Shown: piece after piece, positions 36,294 to 45,695 of the stretch | Position numbering within the stretch: position 1 is the stretch's first letter | How the letters are laid out: every line of letters begins with the position of its first letter | Assembly (NCBI GenBank): GCA_964653635.1 | Contig: CAZZGZ010000004.1 | Span: 21,718-85,717 of the forward strand | Reading direction: 5' to 3' | Length of the DNA stretch: 64,000 nucleotides | From: an uncultured Lachnospiraceae bacterium | Lineage (GTDB): Bacteria; Bacillota; Clostridia; Christensenellales; UBA1242 | The notes under the pieces: model-generated | Databases searched by the model: none | Told to the model about the DNA's origin: nothing | What the model saw: the letters and a program-made list of their open reading frames with translations, nothing else | Program-made: the position numbers and the translations under genes

Positions 36294-36322
36294 ATTATAT
36301 TTAAAACGCATGTTTTTGTCAA
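36294..36322 (-). promoter_or_regulatory. consensus sigma-A promoter for the ThyX-like gene
   Basis: On the minus strand: TTGACA (36322-36317), an exact 17-nt spacer, then TATAAT (36299-36294). An AAAAGGAGAAAAG SD and the ATG at 36268 follow. Confidence 0.7.
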
Positions 36323-36340
36323 ATGATTTATAAAAAAAGG

Positions 36341-37351
36341 TTAACCCAAAATAAGATTAACCGAATAAGTCTGTCCACTCCTTATGAATGTAATTGTTAC
36401 GCTGTCACCAGTTTTATGTTTATATAGTTGTTTTCTAAGGTCAAGCATAGTCTCGATCTTAGTACTATCAAGAGAAGTTATAATATCGCCTTTTAATAGT
36501 CCAGCATTACTTGCAGGTCCTTGAGTGGATACAATATACACACCATCCACCTTGACATTTTGGTCATAGATGCTAGCAATATCACTATCAAATCCAAATA
36601 TACCAATATAAGGTACCACATAATTTGGATCAGCTATAACCTGACCTAATAAGATTTCTGCTACTTCAATAGGTATTGCAAACCCGATCCCTTCCCCTTC
36701 AGTAGCTTTTAAAGTGTTTAATCCAATGACCTGCCCATTATTATCAACAAGAGGCCCTCCACTATTGCCTGGATTTATGCTCGCATCATGCTGTATCAAA
36801 CTCTGTAAAAAATTAGAGCCATATGTACTATCAACTTCAAGAGTTCGATTCATTGCACTTACAATACCTTTGGTTATTGTATGCTTAAATTGTAAAGTTA
36901 ATGGCGTCCCTATTGCATAAACATCATCCCCAACACTGACGTCATCTAAATACTTAGCTCTAAGATAAGGAATTTGCCTAGAAGATTTCAAAATTGCAAT
37001 ATCTAAGGATGGGACTCCGTAAACTACTTCTCCCTTTCCTGTCGTTTTATCAGCATAATACAAAGTTATATCATTGCCATCTTGAATCACATGGAAGTTT
37101 GTTAAAATATAATTCCCGTTTAGTATAGACACTCCACTTCCTACTGAAAAACCTGTTTCATCTTCAGCTGAAATGCCCACAACTGCACTTTTTACTTCAT
37201 CTAGCATCTCTGATACTGTGTCAGTGCTTGCAGAAATTTCTCTGACGGTCATGTCAACACTTTCGTCTCCTGTTTGCGTTGCATCTCCATTTATACTACA
37301 CCCACTAAGCAATAGTATGCCAAAAAGCGATAAAAATAATAATTTTTTCAT
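36341..37351 (-). CDS. htrA: HtrA/DegP-family serine protease with PDZ domain
   Basis: Trypsin-like catalytic motifs TNFHV, D-I-A-I-L-K and GNSGGPL, with a C-terminal PDZ domain (GLLKGDIITSLD). The start is moved to MKKLLFLSLFGILLLSGC (lipobox), after an AAAGGAG SD. Confidence 0.88.
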   Translation of the reverse strand: MKKLLFLSLFGILLLSGCSINGDATQTGDESVDMTVREISASTDTVSEMLDEVKSAVVGISAEDETGFSVGSGVSILNGNYILTNFHVIQDGNDITLYYADKTTGKGEVVYGVPSLDIAILKSSRQIPYLRAKYLDDVSVGDDVYAIGTPLTLQFKHTITKGIVSAMNRTLEVDSTYGSNFLQSLIQHDASINPGNSGGPLVDNNGQVIGLNTLKATEGEGIGFAIPIEVAEILLGQVIADPNYVVPYIGIFGFDSDIASIYDQNVKVDGVYIVSTQGPASNAGLLKGDIITSLDSTKIETMLDLRKQLYKHKTGDSVTITFIRSGQTYSVNLILG

Positions 37352-37373
37352 AATAACTCCTTTAAACACAAAT

Positions 37374-38192
37374 TTAAAAGAGATTATCCTTGTTTGTTTT
37401 CATGCGAAATGTCGCACCGATTTCAGTAGTCGCAACATCAATGAATACATGCTTACCTTCTTCAATACCATAATAGTTAAAAAGTCTTTGGCAGACCTTA
37501 TTATAAGCATTGAGTGGATTGTTAGTCTCCTGGCTTAGATGTGATAAAACGATTTGACCCGTTCCGTATTCGACTAAACTAGCAATAGCATCAGCTGACT
37601 GTTCGTTAGATAAGTGCCCGTGATCTGAAGCAATTCTTTTTTTTAGTGAATAAGGATATTTTATTGAATTTGCAAGAAGCTCTTTATCATAATCTGCCTC
37701 TATGTAAACAAGTCCACTTCCTAGAATCTCTTTTAAAATTCTATCATTAGTATGCCCCAAATCTGTCAAAATACTAAATTTCTTGTCATTATTTTGAAAA
37801 TTATAGGCATAGCATGTGACATCATGAGGAACTTCAATGGGATTTATATGTAAATCCTTGTAATCAAATTCTCCGCCAAACAACTTTCTATTTTTTTTAC
37901 TCACACCATTTATTTTTGGCATCAATTCCCTCATTACTTCATAATGTGCGTAAACAGGCTTATCATAGGTTTTTGAAAAAACTTCAACTCCTTTCATATG
38001 GTCAATATGAGCATGTGTAACAAAAATGGCATCAATAGTTTTAGGGTCAATGCCAATACTTAACAACCTGTTAGTTGTCTCTTTACAACTTAATCCTACA
38101 TCCACTAATATCTTCGTTTCATCAGTCTCTACAAACGTTAAATTTCCCTTGCTCCCTGATGAAAGATTTGTAACCTCAATCATAATACTCAT
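37374..38192 (-). CDS. yycJ: MBL-fold metallo-hydrolase, YycJ/WalJ-like
   Basis: LSSGSKGN, THAHIDH and the downstream H/D ligands. The yycJ-htrA adjacency matches the B. subtilis wal locus. The true start may be the second ATG at 38183 (see findings). Confidence 0.85.
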   Translation of the reverse strand: MSIMIEVTNLSSGSKGNLTFVETDETKILVDVGLSCKETTNRLLSIGIDPKTIDAIFVTHAHIDHMKGVEVFSKTYDKPVYAHYEVMRELMPKINGVSKKNRKLFGGEFDYKDLHINPIEVPHDVTCYAYNFQNNDKKFSILTDLGHTNDRILKEILGSGLVYIEADYDKELLANSIKYPYSLKKRIASDHGHLSNEQSADAIASLVEYGTGQIVLSHLSQETNNPLNAYNKVCQRLFNYYGIEEGKHVFIDVATTEIGATFRMKTNKDNLF

Positions 38193-38543
38193 ATTATCAT
38201 AAAAAGTTTGTTTTTGTCAAATCACTATAAACAAAATTCTACAAATCATAATTTAATACTAAATGCAAAATTACAAATACATAATATCCAATATAAGTGA
38301 AACATTTGTTATAACCTATAAAAATAGGAATATCTAAATCGCAAAAAATTGCATCTATATGCGTTGTTTTAAAAAAGGTTTTGCTTGTGGTTTAAACACT
38401 TATATACTAATAACTTTACGCTTTACACTTGTCAATAAATCCAAATAGATTATACCAAAATTCTGCATAAACACAATATTCATGACCTATATTAAATTTA
38501 TCCAATTAGTCAAAATAATCTTTTAAATTAACTAAAAATCTAT

Positions 38544-38570
38544 AAAAAAATCGCTTTATTGCGATTTTTT
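38544..38570 (-). terminator. rho-independent terminator after uvrA
   Basis: aaaaaaatcgc-tttatt-gcgatttttt, directly abutting the uvrA stop. An A/T-tract lies on both sides. Confidence 0.55.
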
Positions 38571-41398
38571 TATTTTTTTTCTCGTTCTAAAATAGGCTTT
38601 AAAAATTTCCCTGTATATGAATTCTTTATATTAATAACTTCTTCAGGAGTCCCTTTTGCAATTACCTCACCACCTTCATCTCCGCCTTCTGGTCCTAAAT
38701 CTATTAGGTAATCTGCTGATTTTATTACGTCCAAATTATGCTCTATCACAAGGACCGAATTTCCATTGTTTACTAACTTGTTGAGAATTTGGACAAGTTT
38801 TTTTACATCATAAACATGAAGACCGGTTGTTGGCTCATCTAAAATATACATCGTCTTGCCCGTCTCTCTCTTTGCGAGTTCTGTTGCTAGTTTTACTCTT
38901 TGTGCTTCGCCTCCTGAGAGTGTTGTTGCTGGCTGACCAAGTTTGATATAAGATAAGCCCACGTCATAAAGAGCTTTTATCTTGTTATAAATTGAAGCCT
39001 GATTTTCGAAAAATGTCAACGCTTCTTCTACTGTCATTTCAAGAACATCTGAAATGGATTTCCCTTTATATTTGACTTCTAACGTTTCATGATTATATCT
39101 TTGTCCCTTACAAACTTCGCATGGCACGGTAATATCTGGCAAGAAGTACATTTCAATTTCTTTAACCCCAGCACCTTCGCATGCTTCACACCTACCACCT
39201 TTGATATTGAAACTAAATCTACCAGAAGAGTACCCTCTCGCTTTCGCCTCCTTCGTACTCGCAAATAAATCTCTTATAGCAGTAAAGACGCCTGTGTAGG
39301 TAGCGGGATTACTTCTAGGAGTCCGCCCAATGGGTGCTTGATCAATACAAATGACTTTATCAAGCTTATTGATCCCTTCTATTTTTTTAAAATGTCCTAG
39401 TTCTAATTTTGAATTGTTCAATTCATTCGAAAGTGCGGGATATATTACATCATTGACAAGACTAGATTTGCCACTCCCTGAAACACCTGTAACACAGGTG
39501 AATACCCCTAGAGGAATTTCTATATTTATGTTTTTGAGATTATTTTCACTTGCTCCAATGACCTTTAAAAACTCTTTAGGTTTTCTTCTTTTATCAGGTA
39601 TCTCAATTTTTTCTTCACCACGCAAAAACTTTGCAGTTATAGATTCAGAACTACGCATAACTTGTTCTAATGTCCCACATGCTACTAAAGTTCCACCATG
39701 CACACCTGCATAAGGTCCAATGTCTACAAGATAATCAGCTGCTCTCATGGTGTCTTCATCATGTTCGACAACAATTAAAGTATTCCCCAAATCTCGTAAC
39801 TTTTTGAGTGCAGACAATAATTTCTCATTATCCCGTTGATGAAGACCTATGCTCGGCTCATCAAGAATGTAAAGTACACCCACAAGCCCCGAACCTATCT
39901 GAGTTGCTAGTCGAATTCTCTGCGCCTCACCACCAGAGAGTGACTCCGCCGAACGTGAAAGTGTCAAATATCCCAATCCAACATTTTCTAAAAAACTTAG
40001 TCTAGCAATAATTTCTTTGTTTATACTTTCAGCAATCATTGATTTTTCTTCAGATAGTTTCAAATTTTGTATATATTTTAATAGGTTTTTAACAGACATA
40101 TCACATACTTCAATAATGTCTTTTTTGTCGATTTTTATGGATAACGCCTTATCATTCAGACGTTTACCTCCGCAAACTCTACATGTCTGATTTCTCATGA
40201 ACTTTCCAATTTCAAATTTTACAAATTCACTATCAGTTTCATGATATCGCCTTTTTAAGTTATTAACAATGCCCTCAAAAGTAACATTATATACCTTTTC
40301 AGCTCTGCCCTCTTCTTTATATTTTATCTGTATTTTATCCTCACCTATCCCATAAAGTAGAATCTTTAATTTATCCTTTGGTAACTTATTAACAGCACAA
40401 TTAAGGTCGATGCCATACTTTTCTGAAAGAGCATTAAAATATCTTTCACTCATAGAACCATAGTCCATACGCCAACCACAGATGTTAAACGCTCCATCTT
40501 TAATGGATAAATGAGAATTTTTTAAAACAAGACTAACGTCTATATCCATGGTATATCCAAGCCCAGTACAATTTGGACAAGCTCCATATGGAACATTAAA
40601 AGAAAATAGCCGTGGAGAAATTTCCTCAAGTGTCCAGCCACATGTTGAACACGCATAGTTTGTACTATACATATTCTCAATATCCTCATTTCGAATAATT
40701 ACTAATCCCTCTGCAAGTTTTAATGCCGCTTCAACACTTCCAGCGACACGAGAACGTGAATCTTCTTTCATTATTATTCTATCAAGAACCACAGAAATAT
40801 TGTGTTTCTGATTTTTATCAAGTGTAATTGGCTCATCTAAAACATACATATCACCATCTACTTCAACTCTTGCATATCCTGATTTTTTGAGATTCTCTAG
40901 ATGTTTAACAAAACTACCCTTCTGTCCTCGTATGACTGGAGCCAAAATAGTAATCTTTGTTCCCACTTCGTATGTCATAATCGCATCGACTATTTGATCT
41001 ATTGTTTGTGTGGAGATAGGTGTATGACAATTAGGACAATATGGAACTCCCACCCTTGCAAACAATAGTCTAAAATAGTCGTAAATTTCAGTAACTGTTC
41101 CAACAGTCGAACGTGGATTATGATTAGTTGTCTTTTGATCTATGGAAATTGCAGGCGAAAGCCCATCAATACTATCAACATCAGGTTTCTGTGATTGCCC
41201 CAAAAATTGCCTTGCATATGAAGATAAACTCTCAATATATCGCCTCTGCCCTTCCGCAAAGATTGTACCAAAAGCAAGTGAAGACTTCCCTGACCCTGAA
41301 ACACCAGTAAAGACAACTAACTTGTTTCTAGGAATGGTTAAATCAATATTTTTTAAATTATTTTCTCTTGCTCCTCGAATTTTAATAAATTCATCCAT
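38570..41398 (-). CDS. uvrA: excinuclease ABC subunit A
   Basis: 942 aa with two ABC ATPase modules ([10 protein letters not shown] twice; LSGGEAQR twice) and zinc modules. Confidence 0.97.
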   Translation of the reverse strand: MDEFIKIRGARENNLKNIDLTIPRNKLVVFTGVSGSGKSSLAFGTIFAEGQRRYIESLSSYARQFLGQSQKPDVDSIDGLSPAISIDQKTTNHNPRSTVGTVTEIYDYFRLLFARVGVPYCPNCHTPISTQTIDQIVDAIMTYEVGTKITILAPVIRGQKGSFVKHLENLKKSGYARVEVDGDMYVLDEPITLDKNQKHNISVVLDRIIMKEDSRSRVAGSVEAALKLAEGLVIIRNEDIENMYSTNYACSTCGWTLEEISPRLFSFNVPYGACPNCTGLGYTMDIDVSLVLKNSHLSIKDGAFNICGWRMDYGSMSERYFNALSEKYGIDLNCAVNKLPKDKLKILLYGIGEDKIQIKYKEEGRAEKVYNVTFEGIVNNLKRRYHETDSEFVKFEIGKFMRNQTCRVCGGKRLNDKALSIKIDKKDIIEVCDMSVKNLLKYIQNLKLSEEKSMIAESINKEIIARLSFLENVGLGYLTLSRSAESLSGGEAQRIRLATQIGSGLVGVLYILDEPSIGLHQRDNEKLLSALKKLRDLGNTLIVVEHDEDTMRAADYLVDIGPYAGVHGGTLVACGTLEQVMRSSESITAKFLRGEEKIEIPDKRRKPKEFLKVIGASENNLKNINIEIPLGVFTCVTGVSGSGKSSLVNDVIYPALSNELNNSKLELGHFKKIEGINKLDKVICIDQAPIGRTPRSNPATYTGVFTAIRDLFASTKEAKARGYSSGRFSFNIKGGRCEACEGAGVKEIEMYFLPDITVPCEVCKGQRYNHETLEVKYKGKSISDVLEMTVEEALTFFENQASIYNKIKALYDVGLSYIKLGQPATTLSGGEAQRVKLATELAKRETGKTMYILDEPTTGLHVYDVKKLVQILNKLVNNGNSVLVIEHNLDVIKSADYLIDLGPEGGDEGGEVIAKGTPEEVINIKNSYTGKFLKPILEREKK

Positions 41399-41541
41399 GC
41401 TTCACCTCTTAATTTTTGTCATTATTATTTTATCTCATTCAAAACTTTTAGTCAATATGTATATTAAATAATTCAAGACAAATTTCTTTTGAATATGTTT
41501 TCGATTACAATTATAATGTATATCAATTACATTAAAAAAAT

Positions 41542-41597
41542 AAAAATAGCTAATAAATATGTCTGTTAAAGGTTTTGCTCTTAAATTAGCTATTTTT
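41542..41597 (-). terminator. large-loop inverted repeat after uvrB (possible terminator)
   Basis: Perfect 13-bp inverted repeat aaaaatagctaat / attagctattttt separated by 30 nt. It starts 4 nt after the uvrB stop, and a T-rich tract follows on the minus strand. Confidence 0.35.
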
Positions 41598-41600
41598 TAT

Positions 41601-43559
41601 TTAATTAGACTTTTTAAATTTTGTTTTGAGTTTTGTAATTTCTTCTCGAAGTTCAATTGCTCGCTCAAAATCCAAAGTTGATGATGCTATTTTCATTAAA
41701 GCAGTCAACCTCTCAATTTCTTTTGGAATATCCTTTTTTGCAATATCACTCTTTTCGACCTTTTTAGTGATTTCCAAAGTATTTTTTACATCCTTAATAA
41801 TAGTCTTAGGTACAATTTTGTGAAGTTTATTGAATTCGTCTTGCAATTTTCTCCTTCTTTCCGTTTCAGAAATTGCTCTTTTCATACTTTCAGTTACATT
41901 ATCCGCATACATAATTACTCTGCCATTTGCATTTCTAGCAGCTCGTCCTATTGTCTGAATTAATGCTCCTTCACTACGCAAAAATCCCTCTTTATCCGCA
42001 TCTAAAATTGCTACTAACTCAACCTCGGGCATATCTAACCCTTCCCGTAAAAGATTAATACCCACAAGAACATCAAATTCTCCAGATCTGAGTCCGTTAA
42101 TTATTTCAACCCTTTCCATTGTATCTATTTCACTATGCAGATACTTAACTTTATAGCCATGCTCTTGAAGAAAGTTTGTTAAACTTTCAGCCATCTTTTT
42201 TGTTAAAGTGGTGACCATAACTCTTGCTTTATGCTTCAAAACAACATCAATCTCCATCATCAAATCTTCTACTTGATTTTTAATAGGTTTGACTTCAATT
42301 TTTGGATCTAATAGTCCTGTTGGACGAATGACCTGTTCGACAACTTGCCCCGCATGTTCTAATTCATATTTGGCAGGGGTAGCAGAAACAAAAATTGTTT
42401 GTCCGAGTTTTTCTTCAAACTCTTCAAATTTTAGAGGTCTATTGTCTCTTGCTGCTTCAAGTCTAAAGCCATATTCTATCAAACTATCCTTTCTCGCTTT
42501 ATCCCCATTATACATAGCTCGAACCTGTGGCAAAGTCATATGACTTTCATCAATAATAGTCAAAAAATCATGTGGAAAATAGTCTATTAAAGTGTAAGGA
42601 GGTTCACCTGGTTTTCTCCCATCAAAATATCTTGAATAGTTTTCAATCCCTGAACAATAACCAAGTTCATTCATCATTTCAAGGTCATAAGCCACCCTCT
42701 GACCTATACGTTCTGCTTCTAGCACCTTGCCTTGAAGCGTAAACTTCTCAATCGCCATCTCCCGATCACTTCTTATTTTTTCAAGTGCTGACTTCATAGT
42801 ATTTCGACCTACGGCATAGTGAGTCGCAGGATATATTGCAACATAGTTTAATTCATTAATAAGGTTTCCCGTCAAGGAATCAAATTCATAAATTTTTTCA
42901 ATTTCATCACCAAAAAATCTTACCTTTATAGCCATCTCACTTTGACTGGCAGGAAAGATATCAATAGTATCTCCCTTTACTCTGAAGGTAGAACGATGAA
43001 AATCAATCTCATTTCTTTCATATTGAATATCAATAAGCTTACATATCAGCATATCTCTGTCGATTATATCCCCTTTTCGGAGTGAAATGTGAAGATTGTA
43101 ATATTCATCAGGACTACCTAGCCCATATATACAGGATACCGATGCTACAACTATTGTATCCCGCCTTTCAAGTAATGATGATGTTGCTGATGAACGCAAT
43201 TTGTCTATTTCTTCATTTATACTCATATCCTTCTCAATAAAAGTATCAGTTGAAACAATATATGCTTCTGGCTGATAATAATCATAATAGGATACAAAAT
43301 ATTCAACTCTATTTTCGGGGAAAAATTCACGTAACTCATTGCAAAGTTGTGCTGCCAAGGTTTTATTATGAGCAATGACAAGTGTGGGTCTATTGACTTT
43401 TTCTATAATATTGGCCATAGTGAATGTCTTGCCCGATCCTGTTACGCCGAGTAAAACTTGATTTTTAAGTCCCTCATCAATTCCTGCAATCAATTTTTTA
43501 ATTGCCTGCGGTTGATCCCCCGCAGGTTTATACTTAGAGTGTAAAATAAATTTATCCAT
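41601..43559 (-). CDS. uvrB: excinuclease ABC subunit B
   Basis: 652 aa with [10 protein letters not shown], the DESH box, helicase motifs and a C-terminal UVR domain ([10 protein letters not shown]). Confidence 0.97.
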   Translation of the reverse strand: MDKFILHSKYKPAGDQPQAIKKLIAGIDEGLKNQVLLGVTGSGKTFTMANIIEKVNRPTLVIAHNKTLAAQLCNELREFFPENRVEYFVSYYDYYQPEAYIVSTDTFIEKDMSINEEIDKLRSSATSSLLERRDTIVVASVSCIYGLGSPDEYYNLHISLRKGDIIDRDMLICKLIDIQYERNEIDFHRSTFRVKGDTIDIFPASQSEMAIKVRFFGDEIEKIYEFDSLTGNLINELNYVAIYPATHYAVGRNTMKSALEKIRSDREMAIEKFTLQGKVLEAERIGQRVAYDLEMMNELGYCSGIENYSRYFDGRKPGEPPYTLIDYFPHDFLTIIDESHMTLPQVRAMYNGDKARKDSLIEYGFRLEAARDNRPLKFEEFEEKLGQTIFVSATPAKYELEHAGQVVEQVIRPTGLLDPKIEVKPIKNQVEDLMMEIDVVLKHKARVMVTTLTKKMAESLTNFLQEHGYKVKYLHSEIDTMERVEIINGLRSGEFDVLVGINLLREGLDMPEVELVAILDADKEGFLRSEGALIQTIGRAARNANGRVIMYADNVTESMKRAISETERRRKLQDEFNKLHKIVPKTIIKDVKNTLEITKKVEKSDIAKKDIPKEIERLTALMKIASSTLDFERAIELREEITKLKTKFKKSN

Positions 43560-43562
43560 TTT

Positions 43563-43922
43563 TCATCCTTTAAAAATAGCTTTCAATATAATACCAAATA
43601 CAAAGCTCACTGTTGCTAGAAACATACTCCTAAGCACTAACAAGCCAAGAGTTTTCCTCTGCTTTTTAGCATCTTGCAAATAGGTTTGCCCACATTTTTT
43701 TAACGTAATGCAATAAAAGTACCCTTTTTTACTTTCCGATACAACAAAATCAATATAATTTTGATTTGAAAGGCTTACGAGAATGTCATCAATTTCAGAG
43801 ACTGATAATATACATTTTTTAGCTAACCCCTCAGCAATTTCTTGTGGTGAAATAAGATATGTCCTTTTCATTTGACATTTCTTGCATAAAAATTGCATTA
43901 CCAATCTTTCCCTTTTTTGCAA
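43563..43922 (-). CDS. hypothetical membrane-anchored winged-helix-like protein
   Basis: 119 aa. A TTG start lies 5 nt after a GGAGAG SD. The N-terminal ~75 aa have a wHTH-like pattern (ISPQEIAEGL...SEIDDILVSLSNQNYIDF). The C-terminus has a basic stretch plus one TM helix (LGLLVLRSMFLATVSFVFGIILKAIF). The stop is 4 nt before the uvrB ATG. Confidence 0.5.
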   Translation of the reverse strand: MQKRERLVMQFLCKKCQMKRTYLISPQEIAEGLAKKCILSVSEIDDILVSLSNQNYIDFVVSESKKGYFYCITLKKCGQTYLQDAKKQRKTLGLLVLRSMFLATVSFVFGIILKAIFKG

Positions 43923-43993
43923 AATTTCTCTCCAAAAAGCTCATTTTTTAATAAATTATGCGTAATTTTTTCAATTTTTATGAAATATATTAA

Positions 43994-44016
43994 AAAATAC
44001 CAAAAATTGGTATTTT
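43994..44016 (-). terminator. terminator after the 103-aa ORF
   Basis: aaaataccaa-aaa-ttggtatttt forms a perfect 10-bp stem that overlaps the stop codon. TTTTTTA follows on the minus strand. Confidence 0.55.
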
Positions 44017-44326
44017 ATTCACCTTTGCCTTTTTGTTTTAATAAGCTAATATCCTGCTGAAGTTTTTTATACATTCTTTTGAAAAATCCATATAAATCTA
44101 TGTAATCAACATCATCATAGCTTATCGCTTTGTAGCCATGATATATAGCCATATCATCCTCTTTTTCCTCCTCAACTTTTTGCACTTCTGCAAGTCTGTC
44201 AAGGCTTGGCATCACATCTTCTATTCTTTTAGAATAGTTTTCTAATACCTCAATATCATTCTCTTCTAGTAAATTTCTTTTTAATTCATCCCTCAGTTTC
44301 AAACAAACTTTATCAAACTCATCCAT
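44015..44326 (-). CDS. hypothetical acidic coiled-coil protein
   Basis: 103 aa with a GGAGAGA SD. The sequence is rich in E/D/K heptad-like stretches. No family was recognised. Confidence 0.5.
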   Translation of the reverse strand: MDEFDKVCLKLRDELKRNLLEENDIEVLENYSKRIEDVMPSLDRLAEVQKVEEEKEDDMAIYHGYKAISYDDVDYIDLYGFFKRMYKKLQQDISLLKQKGKGE

Positions 44327-44402
44327 AACTTTATCTCTCCTTAATTTAGTATAACAAAATTTATTTTATTAGTCAATAGTAAAAGTATAATTAAATTAAA
44401 AA

Positions 44403-44801
44403 ATGCAAAACTTGTTTATGCTAGATCAAAAAAGCAAATTAATTTTAAAAATTCTTTGTAATGAATGTGAGGGAGGTAGTTATAAGATATTTGAAACCGC
44501 CGATCTTATTTCTTCGCTCCCTGCGAGATGGCGAACGGATAGTGAGGGAATACAGCATATCCTCATATATCTTGAACGTCAAGACATGATTAACATCAAG
44601 TATGATGATGACGGCGTTTATTGTCTAGCGGTTATGCCCTACGGCAGGGAATGTGCAGAAAATGAAAGTGTAAACAAGAAAATTAAAAAAGATAGTAAAA
44701 ACAAAAATGGTAAAAAGGCTTTGCTTAATTGTTTACTTCATTTTCTAATCGCATTTTTAGCATCATTACTTGCAGTAACTTTACATTCTTTCATTTTTTA
44801 A
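44403..44801 (+). CDS. hypothetical membrane-anchored winged-helix-like protein (paralogue-like to 43563-43922)
   Basis: 132 aa with the same layout as 43563-43922: a wHTH-like N-domain (ILKILCNECEGGSYKIFETADLISSL...GIQHILIYLERQDMINI), a K-rich linker and one C-terminal TM helix (LLNCLLHFLIAFLASLLAVTL). It has no SD. A TATAAT at 44386-44391 lies 11 nt before the ATG. Confidence 0.5.
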   Translation: MQNLFMLDQKSKLILKILCNECEGGSYKIFETADLISSLPARWRTDSEGIQHILIYLERQDMINIKYDDDGVYCLAVMPYGRECAENESVNKKIKKDSKNKNGKKALLNCLLHFLIAFLASLLAVTLHSFIF

Positions 44802-44866
44802 TGTGAGATGTAATTCATATAAAGCAACTCCTTAAAACAAAAAAATGACAAACACATAAATTTTTC

Positions 44867-44895
44867 TTGACAAATTTATTTTATTATGATAAAAT
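44867..44895 (+). promoter_or_regulatory. sigma-A promoter (extended -10) for the tRNA cluster
   Basis: TTGACA (44867-44872), a 17-nt spacer with TG at 44887-44888, then TAAAAT (44890-44895). It lies 35 nt upstream of tRNA-Gly. Confidence 0.7.
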
Positions 44896-44930
44896 CATTT
44901 AGTGTGATAAAAATCGTATGATTTATGCAC

Positions 44931-45004
44931 GCAGGTGTAGTTCAGTGGTAGAACACTAGCCTTCCAAGCTGGTTGCGAGGGTCCGATTCCCTTCACCTGC
45001 TCCA
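44931..45004 (+). tRNA. tRNA-Gly (anticodon UCC)
   Basis: The cloverleaf folds by hand. The acceptor stem is gcaggtg/cacctgc, the anticodon loop is cTTCCAa, the T-loop is gggtccgattccc, and the CCA end is encoded. Confidence 0.9.
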
Positions 45005-45007
45005 TGT

Positions 45008-45084
<77 letters not shown>

Positions 45085-45088
45085 TTGT

Positions 45089-45165
45089 GGTGGTCTTAGT
45101 TCAGTTGGTAGAACGCCAGATTGTGGCTCTGGAGGTCAAGAGTTCGATCCTCTTAGACCACCCCA
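45089..45165 (+). tRNA. tRNA-His (anticodon GUG)
   Basis: An extra 5' G(-1) sits opposite the discriminator C. Acceptor stem gtggtct/agaccac, anticodon loop tTGTGGc, CCA end encoded. Confidence 0.9.
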
Positions 45166-45197
45166 TAACTAAAGAAATGCCACCACTTAATTTATAG

Positions 45198-45273
45198 TGG
45201 GGTGTCGCCAAGCGGTAAGGCACTGGACTCTGACTCCAGCATTTCGTAGGTTCGAATCCTACCACCCCAGCCA
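45198..45273 (+). tRNA. tRNA-Gln (anticodon CUG)
   Basis: Acceptor stem tggggtg/cacccca, anticodon stem-loop ctgga-ctCTGac-tccag, CCA end encoded. Confidence 0.9.
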
Positions 45274-45296
45274 ATTTTGTGGTAGGTTTCTGTTAT

Positions 45297-45371
45297 TGGG
45301 GTGTCGCCAAGTGGTAAGGCACAAGACTTTGACTCTTGCATGCGTAGGTTCAAATCCTGCCACCCCAGCCA
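45297..45371 (+). tRNA. tRNA-Gln (anticodon UUG)
   Basis: Near-duplicate of the preceding tRNA. Anticodon stem-loop caaga-ctTTGac-tcttg, CCA end encoded. Confidence 0.9.
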
Positions 45372-45396
45372 ATTTTGTTAAAATATTAAAAATATA

Positions 45397-45425
45397 TTGA
45401 CAAAAAATGTATAAATTAGTATAAT
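45397..45425 (+). promoter_or_regulatory. perfect consensus sigma-A promoter internal to the tRNA cluster
   Basis: TTGACA (45397-45402), an exact 17-nt spacer, then TATAAT (45420-45425). It lies 17 nt upstream of tRNA-Lys. Confidence 0.75.
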
Positions 45426-45442
45426 AACTTTGTCGTGATTAT

Positions 45443-45518
45443 GGTTCACTAGCTCAGTCGGTAGAGCACTTGACTTTTAATCAAGGGGTCTCGAGTTCGA
45501 ATCTCGAGTGAGCCACCA
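45443..45518 (+). tRNA. tRNA-Lys (anticodon UUU)
   Basis: Acceptor stem ggttcac/gtgagcc (one G-U pair), anticodon stem-loop cttga-ctTTTaa-tcaag, CCA end encoded. Confidence 0.9.
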
Positions 45519-45610
45519 TAGAAACAAAAATTCAAAATGAAGTAAATATTTGTGATATATCTCAATTAAATAGAGTTGACCTGTTATTACTAAAAAATGT
45601 GTTATAGAAT

Positions 45611-45643
45611 AAAACTCATTTTTGCGTAGCAAAAACGAGTTTT
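45611..45643. terminator. bidirectional terminator between the tRNA cluster and pfkA
   Basis: aaaactcatttttgc-gta-gcaaaaacgagtttt forms a 15-bp stem with one mismatch. A T-rich tract follows. Confidence 0.6.
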
Positions 45644-45695
45644 ATTTTAATTTTTCACTTTTATGTTAGTTTCAGATTTTTATAGTTATATATTT

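Noticed and set aside
41491-41515. Possible LexA/SOS box upstream of uvrA. On the minus strand, CGAAAACATATTCA lies 6 nt downstream of a TATAAT.
   Set aside because: - There are three mismatches in the ten specified positions of CGAAC-N4-GTTCG.
- The associated -35 is poor (TTTTTA).
- No comparable box was found upstream of the uvrB unit.
- This is not enough to call an operator without a genome-wide motif model.
45197-45400. 67-aa ORF on the plus strand.
   Set aside because: It lies entirely over the two tRNA-Gln genes, has no SD, and is a chance open frame.
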